From: Stegostoma tigrinum
Lineage: Eukaryota
Length of the DNA stretch: 64,000 nt
NCBI RefSeq assembly: GCF_030684315.1
Contig: NC_081396.1
Location: 1,674,001-1,738,000, forward strand
Direction of reading: 5' to 3'
Shown here: in pieces, positions 36,790 to 50,124 of the stretch
Position numbering within the stretch: the stretch's first letter is position 1
How the letters are laid out: each line of letters starts with the position of its first letter
Program-made: the position numbers and the translations under genes
The notes under the pieces: generated by a model
Databases searched by the model: none
What the model saw: only the letters and a program-made list of their open reading frames with translations
What the model was told of the DNA's origin: nothing

Positions 36790-39700
36790 TGTGACAATTC
36801 TATGAGTTTTTCTTAATGAAAGGTTTTAAGACAGGGGTGCTGAGGTGTCTTATGAAAATTCGTAAAGAGCTTTTGAGGCCTAATGTATTTTTTTTAAGTT
36901 GGAACATCAGAATTATCCCAAATGGCTGTTGTCAAACTCACATAGAATCAAGATGTTTAGTTTCGTAGTTTTACAGTAAACGTTGCTGCTGTGGTCTTGA
37001 TGCAGTTGAAAATACTTGTTTTTTTCCATCTCTCAGTGACCTTTAAAAGGTGGATGGTACCTTCCTGCCACTGAAGTTGCATTTGAGACTGTATTCTTTC
37101 TGCATTTGCATTTTGCCAAGGTTGTGTTCATAGGATATTGTTACTTTAGAAGTTAATTGTTAGTTGTTAATAATTTAATATTCTGTTCAGTTTTCCAATA
37201 GAGTTAAGTTATTCATTTTTTTCCTTTCCTTTGCTGTTCTGTAACCAGAGAAGATGAACAAAGAGTGTTTATCCACAAAACAAAAAGTTTGACCAAGCCA
37301 TTTGCATCTGGAATGGAGCGTCAGGCAATTGCCTTTTTTAAAAAAATGAAAAAGCCCAGGTCTAGTCTTTACTTAATTTATTTTAAAGGGCTCCAGTCTG
37401 GCCCAAAACAAGTTGGGTGTTCTTGTCAGGATCAAATCTTTAATTCCAGGTTGGTTTCAGAATTATTGGACGTAAAGGTAGCATGTGGCTATTATTTCAG
37501 AAGTTGAATGTGGTTGGTTTAAACTGAATATGTCTTTTATACTAATGGTTCTTTCAGTCACTAAGAGTTCTCTGGCCGTGGAAAAGGATGCTTGGGGTTT
37601 GTTGCAGAACGTAGGCAAAACCAAGCTTTCAGAAAATGTAATCAAACTGGACTTGGCGTTGCCTGTGTCTGTGACTTAAAATAGAAACAGCTGTGGCAAT
37701 CGATCAATATGTACAATTGCCCGGAATGCCATTGGAATCTTTGAAAGCGGAAAATATTCAGTTGAAACTGAAGCAGCTTGAACATGAATAGGAAAATTAT
37801 CAGTTTACATTACGATTAAAAGCAGATTGTAAAGATTGGGGACGAAGGTCCAGCAAGAATAAAAAGAGAAAGAGAGGGGAGAAAGAGAGAAACAGGGAGA
37901 TTTTGAACTTCAGAGTTCAGAATGGAGAACTCAATGCCGATTTCAAACAGTGAAGACAAATATGCAAAGTAAGACCAGTTGTGTAGACAATGATGGAACG
38001 CAAACCCATTGAAGCCAAAGCTCCAGTTGGGATTTGATCAGGTATGTACAAGCTCAGCGAGAAGGATTTAAAAGTGTTTTTCTTTTCACTTCGTTTGAAA
38101 AATTGGCTAAAAAATGAAATGGCCAGTGGCTCTGTGGTTAATGTTGATGCAAACAAAGTTGGCCAGTTTTGGTAGGTAGTGAGGAATTTGCATCACTATC
38201 GGTTGAAGTACCTGGAGAGTATTATGTGGTTAAAATGCCATTTTAGATACATATGAATAGCAGAAGCTTACAGACAATGTTTCAGGAATATAAGGAGTCA
38301 ACATGGTCGAAAGTGCATTGAATTTGAAAAGATCACACAAAGTTATTTTCATCGATGGATAAGGACTTTGAAAATCAATCAAACGTATGACACTCTTAGA
38401 TTATTGTAGAGGCATTCAAAATTCACTTTCTGAAGTGTTGCGGCCTCGTGTGGAAGAGAAGGGAGTTAACACTGCAAGTTTAGCAGCGGATATGGTGGTG
38501 TTCTTGACTTGCTCATAAATTGAATTTTGACTTCTGACATCAGTTACAAATGTGAAGGATAGAAACTGGAGGAAAGATAAATCATCAGGTGGTGAGGAAA
38601 ATCAGATCTTGTTGAAGATATCAATGATAGTTTATCACTATATAAATTGGAACCCCATGAGGAGAAATCATAAATAACAATGCTTCGGTGTTTGCTTTGA
38701 TAAGGACCACCTTAAGTCGCGTTTTTTTAGAAAAATAAATTTGAAGACGGCTGTGGGAAAACATAATAAGCCAGTGCATATTTTTGTAGGGATGAAAGCA
38801 AGAGAAGATAGAAAGCTACAAAATAATGTCGAGCCTGGGCAGTGGTTGCTTGAAAACGAATTGCCACATTTTAAAAAAAATAATAATTTAGTTGTGAGTT
38901 TAGTGTTTACTCTTTTATACCAAGAGAAGAAGGTAAAGCAAATGAAACTTTCTGATAAAAGGGAGCAAGTCAATTTTTGATGGTGAGTTGTAAGGGTGTA
39001 TGTAACTCAGAAAGAGTATTGACAAAAATGATGGTAAGTTGTGTAAAAAGATGTTGAGAAGAATGGTGTTCCATGATATAAAGTGAGGTTACAAGACTTG
39101 TGCATCTGAGTTGAAAGACCACGTTGAGAAAGCATAACTAAGACTATCCAGAAAATTGTGATAAAAGAATTCGATTTGAATGTTTTTGTGAGATTAGTAA
39201 AGAACCATTTTAGTTTAAAAAATTCAATCCATTTGAATTAGTTTATGAACATCAGGTGGGAGGACAACTGAAATGATTTAAGGGAAAAAATGGTTCATCA
39301 AACTTCAAAAATCACACATTGAGAGTGTGTGTTAAGTTTTATGGAGTGATTAGGTGGAGTAGGTGAGTTGGCTTGACAACATTTTAAAGTATAACAGCTT
39401 ATGATGAAAACAGAAGCAAAGCAGAAATCAGAAGATTCACAATTTTGGTCGTAGAGATGAAGTTTTAATGTTACTTCCAATGTTCATCAAATCTTGACAA
39501 CCAAGGCTTAGTGGTCCTTCTCAAATATAAAGGAAATTGAGTGAGGTGAACTTTTTTATGAGAACGCCATATGTAAAGAAATCTAACAGATTGTGTCATG
39601 TGAATATGTTCAAGAAGTATTTTGATGTGGAATGAAAGCAAAAGGAGAATGTATTAATGGTTACAACACAGAGTGAAAAACCAAGTTCCGATGTTTCTAA

Positions 39701-41218
39701 ATTGGACATGCCTCATGTTAAATTAGGCAACAAGGATTTTTTTTCAAAAACTGGGACGAATTGCTGAGTCACTTTTCATCCAAAAAGCTGAAAACCGTTA
39801 CTGCAGTCACATGGCAGTGTGTGAGGGAAAAAGTCTGGTATTGATAATTTAATTATGCATGACGGAGAGAAAGGGAATATGTTTGAATTAAACAACATCC
39901 TTATAGACATAACCCTACAAAGTTGGGAGAGGTCCAAAAAGATATTGAGATCATATTCAAAGACAACATAATCGAAGTCACTTGCAGGAAATGAAGATCA
40001 CTATAACAATGGTGCCAAAACCGTCTAGTATCCAATAATTTTGTGTAGACTACCGCACATTCAATGCAGTTACAAAATCTGATTGATATCCCATTCCAAG
40101 TTTGGAAGATAACAAAGTGTGAAACTGGATGAACACAGCAGGCCAAGCAGCATCTTAGGAGCACAAAGCTGACGTTTAGGGCCTAGACCCTTCATCAGAG
40201 TGGGGGATGGGGAGAGGATTCTGAAATAAACAGGGAGAGAGAGGGAGGCGGACCAAAGATGTTTTTTTTCACTTTTTTTGAGAAGATGGGGCAAGTAACT
40301 TGCAGTTCTAAGTTGGACTACCTCGGAGGACATTTATTATCGTGAACATTCAATTTGAAAATTGTTCACTTGGCAAAATGGGATGATATAATTACTGATG
40401 AGTTATTATGACTGTACTGGAGGAAGAGGGATACTTTCAAAAGCAGGAAAAATGTATTGAAGTGGACTGTTGCAGTGAATATTTCCATGTTTAGCGTCAA
40501 TGTAATATATGTCTATTGCAGTGTACAAATAGCATTGGACTAAAGGGGTTTAAAATAAAGTCTTTTTAAAGTTCTTATTCATAACCACTGCCTTACTTTC
40601 TCTTTGTATTTAAAGGTGTGACAATACGATGAGTTTAAGTTGTATATTTTGTCCTTTTTGTTGTTCAGGGAATGGTTTTAAGACAGGTGGTGTCTATTGA
40701 AAACACATAAAGTAAACATATTGTGAGACCTTTTTTTCTAATGTTTGAAGGACAGAAACAACCTGATGAATATGGTCAACCTCTCACAGAACAAGAGTTT
40801 TTTTTTAGTTTCTTCTTCTTTTTTATACTGCGGAGGCCTTGAGTTTTCTTGATGACTGGTTTAAACTTTGGATTCTCTTTGTGCTTCTAGACTTGCATTT
40901 GAGACAATCCATTTTCCAAATTTCCTTTTTCCAATTGTGTGATTATGCTAAATTGGAAAAAGTTATTAGTCATAGCTAATAATCTAAAGTTCTAGTAACT
41001 TTTCCAATTCAGTTAAGTTGCTCAAATTTCTCCTCCCTTTTGTTTTATTGCAACTAATGTGGTTAAATAAAGTGTCCATTGCTTTAAATCAAATAGTTTT
41101 ACAAATTAACTTGAATCTGGAATGAAACGCCAACAATTGCCCTTAAAATAAGAAAAAAGTGTCAGCGTATGGGCTCTCAACTAAATAAATTTTCAGGTGT
41201 CTGCTCTGGTCCATAGCA
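36790..41218 (+). mobile_element. Gypsy (Gmr1-like) LTR retrotransposon remnant
   Basis: LTRs TGTGACAA..CA at 36790-37410 and 40617-41218; PBS-like sequence at 37411. Gag relic (FEKLAK..MKWP..EAYRQCFR), integrase C-terminus (PFELVY.HQV.G.L; SGP) near 39.2-39.6 kb, then RT start (IKQHPYR, VPKP, CVDYR, YPIP) at 39.9-40.1 kb. Confidence 0.8.
40107..40262 (-). mobile_element. Penelope-family terminal fragment nested in the Gypsy RT
   Basis: Same arm as 4860, continuing into 'gggggatggggagaggattctgaaataa'. Confidence 0.75.
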
Positions 41219-42830
41219 ATATGACTGAGATAATATTACACTCTTTGCGGTCTCAAACACTCAATCAAGAAATTTGCTTTATTTTCACACAACAGTTAAA
41301 ATACATGTGAAATAAAACAAAGGAAAAGTAATTAGCTTAAGTGTGGCTCTGTCGAAATGTTTACCAAAATGATATATAGTGTACTATAAACTAAATGTTA
41401 CAAAATTGTAAGATCCCATAAACACAACCATGGCAAAGGCAGGTTCATTACAATATATTGCCTAACCTTCATTTCTTGGAGAAAGGACAAGCTGTAACAG
41501 AGGGAGGAAGCTTCCATACTCAGCTTCAAGACCCCAGGAAGTGCAGAAAGCTAAAACGAACAACCTTGGCTCTTTGGGAGATTTACCACATCCATTCAGG
41601 CTGCTTCTATTGTTCTAACTTAAATAAAAAGAATCCAATGCCCCAAAAAGCTGTTGGAGCAGATAACTCTGCATGTCTGCCTCAGTCTTTTACATTAAAG
41701 AAAAAAAAACAACAAAATACACCACTTAAAGTCACTGTATCATTAGACTTATACTAAGTGGACTGCAGTGGTTCGAGAAGCCATATTGCCAAGCTCCTCT
41801 TTAAGGCAACTGGAGATGGGCAATATTGCTTCACCTATCGCATGCTGCATTGTGTCAGTGGTCAGAACAAGCGGGAGAACAGTGCGAGAGATTTGGAATT
41901 TAAGTCTGAATATCCAGAAGGAGTTGTCATTGGAAAGCCAAAAGCATGTAAACGATAAGTAATCCCAGCCAAGTTGTCACCTGATGCTGCTGAAAACCTG
42001 TTTTTTTTTATTTGCCCTCATAAGCTGTAAACTCTTGAAATATGTTAAAGTATTCAGCTCATTCCTAGCAGATAATGTTGCATCATTAATACCATTGTAT
42101 CAGTACAGCCACATTGACAGTTGGAAAACTATGAGCAAATTAGGATTATTGCTGTCCTCGCTGGCATGTGTTAAAATGTTTATTCTTCATTTTCTTCTGT
42201 ACTCCAACGGTTTTAACTCACTTCCTAACAAAAATCCACTGCAATAGAGAAATTAAATGAAATTGCTCGTAAATTGAAGATCCAGAGTGCCATTTCTTCA
42301 TCCTGTATTGCTCTCTGTTGTGTGGTTTTCCTTATGTTGCATTTCAGCCTTTTGCTTCCTGCTGTATTCACAAGAGACTATTCAGTTTGCTCTACTTTCT
42401 GATGAAAGATAATTAATTGCTGATAGTCAATGTATGTTAACTAGCCATACAATAGTTATTTATAGCACACACACCTTTCATAACTTGCCTACAGTTTTTG
42501 ACAAGTTTGTAAATTGGAAAATTTCAAAAGTATTCAACACACCCAGTGTATGGGAACAAAATAATGCCAAGATGTCATTCTTGCCCTTAAACTCAGTCAG
42601 TCATTTTAGCACAATTAAAATGCAAGTTTTATAACATAAACTTTTTCTCATAAGTGAGGTTTCGTGAAACATATGTTTCCTGGTGTCAGGAAGCAATGTT
42701 AAATGTAGATAAGCAGATGGATGGAATAGGCAATAAAATTTAATGGTGAACAGGTAATTGTATTGATTTAATTGTAAACTGCAGTGAAGTTTACATTTGA
42801 ATTCTTTAAAAAGTCAGTTTTATGATAATA

Positions 42831-42840
42831 CACACACGAG

Positions 42841-42911
<71 letters not shown>
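42831..42911. repeat. (CA)n microsatellite
   Basis: About 30 near-perfect CA units. Confidence 0.97.
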
Positions 42912-42913
<2 letters not shown>

Positions 42914-43283
42914 AATATATACGTTGAAATTATACAGTAAAAATCATTAGCCAGTTAATATAACGATGTAGCAATGTAGATACTTGGACACTGGATTTCT
43001 GGTTTGCAGATTGTAGTAATCTTGGAACATAGTATACAGTTAGGAGAATGGTGAACAATTTTTAGGAGGGCATAGACGTTACCTCGAATTTTGCAAGTGT
43101 GTGGGCCTCAGTTGCTTCAATGCCAAATTAGAAATGCCTGCATTTTGTTTTGTTCAGATATCCAAACATTCACAATGTTCTTTTTTTCTGCTTTAACTCT
43201 GCAGACTGTCGCTATCAACATCGGATGATACCAAGGTTCACCAAATTAACAGAGTAAAGAAACAACACGAGTTTCTCTTCCCC

Positions 43284-45542
43284 TCATCCTTCAAAACAAC
43301 TGTAGAGGGCAGTGAAGGCGTACGTCAGAACTTTCTTCAGCTGTTCAAGAAACATATTCCGAGGTTCGCATGGATGAAGGCAATGTGGAGGGAACAGAAT
43401 AGCTGAAAAGACTCTTGGATTGTGTAATGCAGATCGCTGAAGTTCATTCTTCCAAAGTAGCTCTCAGCTTTAGGCTGCAAGTAAATGAAATATCTGATAA
43501 AAGAGCCCGATGGGAGTAGAAAGCTAGGAGTGATTACGAACAGCGAGACAATTGACCTCACGCACCTGCCCATTTCTGTCTCTTGTTGCTTCTTGGTGCT
43601 CCAGAACATCCTGTGGGCCCTGTGGCCACTAGGATATGTTTTGTCTTCAGGACTTTGAAGAGTACCTGTAATTGTGCACGACTCTACAATTACCTGTGGC
43701 AGTTTGTTCCATACATTCACCACCATTGCCATGAAAAAAGTTGCCCTTCAGGTCACTTTTAAGCCCTCCCTACTCGGCCCATATTAAATCGATGCCTTCT
43801 AGTTTTTGGCTGCAGAGACCTGGGACATATACCTCGATTATTTGTTCTCCCCGTGGTCTTTATGAGCGGGCACCGCCTTGAGAATCGGAACGAGAGAAAA
43901 GAGTTAAATATCTGGACGAGCCAATCTTAAGCCTATAGGGCTGCTCAAATACAGGCGTTGGTTTTGATGTTTCAAAATTAGGGTACCCTGTCCAAGATGA
44001 ACAAAGACTGGAATACAAATAGAAAGTTAATCCATTATACAGCTCAGGCACAGACAGATCCTTTGACCATTGATGTAGCTTCCGTGGTGCAGCACCTTGT
44101 CTCAGCCTTTTGAAGAAAATGTTCATAAAATGATCGACCCTGAAGGTACCTGTCAGATGACCGAGCCATTCCAGCTAATGTAAGATAGCACGACGCTGAG
44201 AATATAGACAGTAATTTTGGACAGGACACTTTCTCGGAAGTGGAGGTGGCTGATTTGGTTGACATGATTACAGTGATGGTGACAAGGAAATCCTTGGCTG
44301 TGGCCGCCATTTGACAACCTGCAATACACAGGGGAAAGCCTCACTGTCCTCGAGATAGAATTAGAATCTCCACAATGTTGACAGAGATAAATAAAGATAC
44401 GTTGCTAAGATCAGTCTAAACACCAGTCACTGCCCCTCGCAGCCTGCTGATTAAGCTTTCTTGATTTAACAATTTGCCATTTCCAGTATCCGTCTATTTC
44501 AAAACAACTGGTGAGTATAAGATGTCTAATGAGGTATCAAGTGCCTTTGAATGCAATCAGTCCTCATCACAATCTCCGCTTGCCAGTCAGTAAGTGAATC
44601 CCAGTGGTTAACTGTCATTTTCGGTTTACTGGAAACATTTGGTGCTCATGGACTTATTCATTTTATGTTCCATCCATCCATCAACGCCATTATCATTAAC
44701 TGATGTTGGATCCTCATCAGCAACGTGTCACGTTTTACAATATCATTCTTCAAATATTCCAAAACTCGAGAAACTCTTCACTGCTGCTCCTATAACATAG
44801 TTCAACTGCATTGAATGTCATGCTTCCTTTGATTCTGCCTCTTGTTTTTCCTTCAATTCAATATGTCCAACTGTATCAATTATATTCAGTATTGTGATAA
44901 GAGAAAGAAACGCATCCATGCCTTCTAATAATTGCTAACTAACTTCTTTGGGCTAATTGTTAGGAATTAGGAATTATTAGGAAACATATGAATAACAGCT
45001 TAAAAATCTTGCATCCCAACTGACTTTATTTTTAGACCCTCCAGTCATGGATTCCTGAGATCCCATTACCATTTGTGCTGTACATTGGGATATTCATGTT
45101 TTAAACTATCCTTGCTGAGCTGTCACCGTGAATTTACGGAGTTTCTGAATGAATGCTTAGATTACAAAATATCTCATAATGCAACACCACAAAATAAACC
45201 AGCTGCAGATTTTGAAATTACACCTCTGCAGAACTGGCATTTCACTGCACTGTCTTGAGCCTATTCATCCCACTATGCACTAAGATGCTAAATTGCATTT
45301 TACTGAACTGGATTGGAATTTGAAACAGAATGCCTGATATTATTACAGCCTAATGTTCATGCAAAGTCATTCATTGCAATTTATAGTTCAGCATCTAATA
45401 GACAATTGTTGCAAAATTGTGATGTATGAAAATTGCAATGACATCTTGCCTTTCATAGTAATGAAGTAGCAAGTAGCGCAAAGTACTTACAGTGAATAGG
45501 GATCAACGAGGTGTGTGCAGATAAATCATTTGTATGGTGCAT
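43284..45542 (-). pseudogene. GPR139-like GPCR pseudogene (exon 1 relic 45542-45491; exon 2 ~44370-43284)
   Basis: ILSRGQ*GFPLCI..DFLVTITVI..FRESVLS and RAHR..QETEMGRCVRSIVSLFVIT.SFLL..ESYFGRMNFSDLHYTIQE align with the intact gene. Exon 1 relic ATGCAC..ACAAATG..|gtaagta. A CR1 scrap is inserted at ~43670-43830. Confidence 0.85.
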
Positions 45543-46852
45543 GAATTAAATGTGATCGAATGTAGAAAGAATCATTGTGCATGACTCCACAACAACGAGA
45601 CATCAATATGTAAGTTCACGAAAACACAGAGACTTGTCAAATATACGTATACAGGGACATATTATTATAGAATACAACAACTGATGCATGGAATGGGTAA
45701 CATGGGGAAGTGACAGGATGGACAAAATATCAGAAGGTTGTCGGGCCCCTTCATTAAATGTAGAGATATGACAGGCTAATGTGGAACAAACGCACTTGCT
45801 TTGTGAAGATGGACCAAACGTCCTATCCTTACTCTAAATATTACGCAATTCAGAGAAAAATAAGGGCGAAGAACATTTGAAACAATCAAACAATGGGTTG
45901 TCGGAAAGTGAAATTACCAGCGCTCTGTAGACGTTGTTCCCACTGCATAACAGTAAAACCAGAGTGGAACCTACACAAACTGAAGCTAATTGGCAACTGA
46001 TAGACTTTACTGAAACTCCCCATGAAGGGACAAACCATGAAGTATACAACATGAAAGTACATTAAAAATGAAACTAATTGAAAATTCAAAGTAATTTACA
46101 ATTAGAAATACGTCCCTTGATGGACGATATTGGATGGAAAATGTGAAAGGCTGACAGAAGATTCATTAAAATGTTTATATATCAACAATAATGGTCCTTA
46201 ATGGTCGATATTCAGTTTCAATAAACTTATGTCTTTTTTATATATTCTTGGGAAGAGTGATATATTACAACTCTGTCATTCCCAGAAACGTGGATTTGGA
46301 AAGTCAGTGTTTTACTGATATTGGAATTTTTGAAGCGTTTGTCTTCCCTTAAAAGAAAATGAAACTTTTGATCATGGAATCACTCTGTACAGAAGAGTAT
46401 TATTGCGCCAGCGGTGTACACCCTGTTCCATGAAAGTAGACATCAATTGACATTGAGACTGTTGACTTCCAAGTTGTGCACGCAAATTTCCAGTTCCATA
46501 ACTTATTCAAATAAAATTTGGAAGTTAATGATGAATCAGTTCATGGTACTGTCTCTTGTTTTAATAATAGCACACCATTTCATTCATTATTTAATCATCC
46601 CTTAAAAGTGTGTAAAGATGCAACAAGTGGTATCAGACGCTGGTTTACATGAGAGCCAGATTCTTTTCTGTGAATTGGAAGCTTCCTCCATAAATAGTGC
46701 AATGCCAGACTATAAATACCATTTAATTCCTCAGTTTCTGGTTATAAATTCTGCCACACAACCCCACTACAATACCAGGTTTGCACGCAGTGCTAAATAC
46801 CTCTGCACAGATTTTGTTTTTGACGGAACACCAACGCTTCGTCGGAGGCTAA

Positions 46853-46886
46853 CTGATGATGTTACATAGAATGGTGACGAAACGTC
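46853..46886 (+). ncRNA. Hammerhead ribozyme motif from a second Penelope-like family
   Basis: CTGATGA-T-GTTAC(atagaatg)GTGAC-GAAA-CGTC within a ~46820-46930 repeat. Degenerate sibling at ~49380-49505. Confidence 0.6.
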
Positions 46887-47059
46887 TGAAAACTAACCTT
46901 CCAGATCAGCGAGCAATCTCACATCCAGAATTTTGCTTTTATGGCTCTCTCTAACATCTGCATTACTGTAGGGTGATCTCCACCATGTCCACATTTTGTA
47001 AATCTCTCTCCATCTCTGTATCCCTATGTCTGTCATCATATATTCTGAGTTTTAGAATC

Positions 47060-47401
47060 ATAGAATTGCTACAGTGCGGAAGCAGGCCATTTGGACCAAA
47101 GAGTCACACTGACTCTCTGAAAATCATGTACTAATCAACCCCCACCACTCCCCCACACCAGCCGATCCCTGTAACCCTGCATTCTTCAGTGCTAATCCAC
47201 ATAAAGTATGGACTCATTCAAACCATGGGAAATTTAGCATGGCCAATATACTCAATCTGCACATCTTTGGACAGTGGGAAGAAGTCTGAACACACAAAGA
47301 AAACTGACACAGATGCGGGAAGAATGTTCCTCCGAGGATAGAATCGAGCTCAGGTCCCTGGAGCTGTGAGCAAGCGACGCTAAACAATAAGCCACCAAGC
47401 C
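47060..47401 (-). mobile_element. HE1-like tRNA-derived SINE
   Basis: 'gggaaatttagcatggccaat..ctgcacatctttggac..caggtccctggagctgtgag..gccacc' with a CR1-like tail. Confidence 0.7.
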
Positions 47402-47735
47402 ACTTTCTGTGCAGCGATCTCCGTGCTCTGTATTACTATGCCTGCTGCCCATCGACTCAATGAATTGTAATACACAACCAAGTTACACAGTTGTATTTGA
47501 GAGTTTATTAACTGACTGATATTCACCAACGGGTAGATGGAAAGAAAGATTTGTCCCCTGCTAACATTTTTTTTTATATTCAGCTCTCTTGAAGTGCATC
47601 TTTCAAACAGGTACTTCAGAGCCTGTCCTGCAGACTGACAGTACTAGCAAACAGTGTATTTGCTGAGCCCAGTATACTCAGTTTAAAGTGGTTACCACCA
47701 GCAGCAGAGAATTGTCGAGACAGCTTTGGGAGAAC
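47402..47735 (-). pseudogene. Second supporting V-delta pseudogene with degenerate 23-RSS (47402-47440)
   Basis: TLN.EYTGLSKYTV..YCQSAGQALKYLFERCTS..ISQL..VVYY..LSR. RSS CATAGTA + atacagagcacggagatcgctgc + ACAGAAAGT; the spacer resembles that at 32485-32507. Confidence 0.75.
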
Positions 47736-49290
47736 CAGGGAAAGAAATGTATCAGCGACAATGAACATTATTACTGTTCAACTACTTTTTACGAAGGGAA
47801 AATTGTAAATCATGGGAATTGTTCTATATTTTTGTGCTAATCAATTTCGTTGATAGTCAACTATCTACACTCTTGTATTGAAATATAAATTAATGAGGAG
47901 ATGAAGTGACTTTTTTTTCATATAGTCTTCTTAAAATGTTGAATGCAGTACCAAAACGGTTGGTGGGATCTGATTGAACAGCAACTTTCAACTGGATAAT
48001 GATTGCATCTGAAACAGGGAGAAAAATACAGGGCTATGGGGAGGCTTGAAGAACAGTGGGCCTAGTTACAACGTACACTGAAGAGGACAGTAGTTGAACA
48101 TGAGGGGCAAAATGCTATCCTGCGTAATTCTGTGATGGATACCAAATTTATATTTCTGCGTATTCTGATGAAAGGTAATGTCGAGGGAACGTCTGCAACT
48201 CATTGAGACAAATTGCAAAAAGAAAGTGTCAGAAGTAACCCAATTGCGTTACTATGCACAGCAAGATCAATAATAAATGAAGTGATTGATCAGCCAAGAC
48301 CAAGTCAATAATTTCTGCAGTTTAACTCTGTCAGGAGATTATACCCAATTTCTGATCTACTAGCTTGTTTTCCTTACCAGATCTGTTGTATCCCCTTCTT
48401 GTCTGCTCACCTCTAACGTCAAATATATCAATTTAGTTTATTTTTATTTTCTCACTTTCCTTTGCGTCTTTTACTTTTCTTGCAATCATGGCAACCCAAA
48501 GTCTCTCAGTTGAAGATTGGCTTCAGACAACATTGTTTCTCGTGTTGTTTCCCCTTCAGATCTCCCTCAACAGCAATGAATGTGTCGACTTATCGTCTCA
48601 TGAACACTGTGAGTGGAGATCCATTTAGCGTTGCATTAAATCTGAAGATGAGGAATAGGTCATTCGGCCCAACTAACTTTTGCAAGTGCATACACTCCAA
48701 AGCCTACGCCTGGTCAAAACTAATTGAAAGCGCTCATCCAGCAAGATGCGTTGGTGTATTCTGTCCTCCTTCCCGAATTCAAGAAAAAAATGGAATTAAG
48801 AATCTAATGATGGCCATGAATCTTTTGCCAATTGTTGGAAAAGTTCATCTGATTCACTGATGTCTTTGAGGGAAGGAAACGTCCGTCCTGACCTGATCCA
48901 GGCTACATGTGACCCCAGGCCCTCAGCAATGGTGTTGACTCTCAATTACCTTCTGAGTAATTAAGGATGGGCAATATATGCAACACCCTCAGCCTGTGAA
49001 TGAATAAAGGCGGGAAAGAACCTACTGTTCGCTGAGTGATGCTTCCAATTTTCTTGTGGGATAGATGGTTTGGACGAGCTTTTCCAATCTGTTACCTTTT
49101 TTATACCTTCAAGCGGTGGTGTGGACTTTTTGGGCCGAAGGGCCTGTTTCACACTGTAGGGATTCTAATCTAATCTAATCTAATACTGCCACAGGTGTAT
49201 TGATGCCAGCAATTCCAAATTAAGAGCCAGGTTTTATACATACATTCAGCTGAACAAACCAGGACCCAACTCCCATAATCTAACAATTCA

Positions 49291-49342
49291 GACACTGCAG
49301 CAGATTAATTTCGTTCTACAGTGATTGTATTAGTTACTTTAA
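49291..49342 (-). pseudogene. Possible decayed D segment of cassette 2
   Basis: + strand CACTGCA-17 nt-TACAGTG + 12 nt + A-rich run: the same geometry as the 35035 D, and it lies between the NAR V and the supporting V. Confidence 0.3.
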
Positions 49343-49769
49343 AAAAGATAGAAAGAACGAAAAGGGCTGAAAATGCACCACGGCTTCGTTGGAGATTGCA
49401 CTGATGATGTTACTCAGTAGTTATGAATCTTTTGCGGATCAACAAACCAGTTCGGCAAGCCAACCAACCTCAACATTCGCAACCTGAGCTACAAATCTGT
49501 CTCAAAACAATGGTTTATTTGCAAATAAACGTCACAATAATCAACTGAATGTTCAACCAACATAGTCTACAACACAATGGTGTACAGATTAACTTAAAAG
49601 CTGTGACAGTCGCCATCATTTTCGATCCTTCCATATATTTATTATCATGCAGTAATGCTCCTCTCAGTTCCACCTCTACAAGCAACACAGCATACTGATT
49701 GAAATAAGAAATAATCAGTTCGCTGCTTAAACAATGGAATTACTCAAAAGATGTCAATATAGAACCAAC

Positions 49770-49856
49770 ATGAGGATCAATGGTCGGCGCAACATTGTGG
49801 GCTGAAGGGCCTGTTCTGTGCTGTACTGTTCTATGTTCTATGTTCTATGTTCTATG
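49770..49856 (+). mobile_element. CR1 3' terminus with (TTCTATG)4 tail
   Basis: 'ggtcggcgcaacattgtgggctgaagggcctgttctgtgctgtac' followed by the tandem tail. Similar stubs at ~2090-2135 and ~49120-49185. Confidence 0.75.
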
Positions 49857-50124
49857 TAACATTGTATTTATCAATGTTTCCTTTGATACAAGCTAATCTC
49901 ACTTTTACCAAATAGCGGGGGAATATGGAAGGCAGATATTTACTTCATAGAAATGCAGAAACAGTTATCAAAAATTGATTGCTGGACACCTATATGCAAT
50001 TAGTCCAAATTCTGGAGAAGGGATCTTAAATTCGACAATTGGCTATTAGAGAATTAATATTTTATTTCTACAATGTAATTTACGCAGGCCTCTTTCATTG
50101 TGTCTTTTCTGACATTATGCTTTG

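Noticed and set aside
48585-48640. Candidate J for NAR-TCR cassette 2 (NGSPLTVFMR)
   Set aside because: No GxG motif, no valid donor and no correctly placed RSS.
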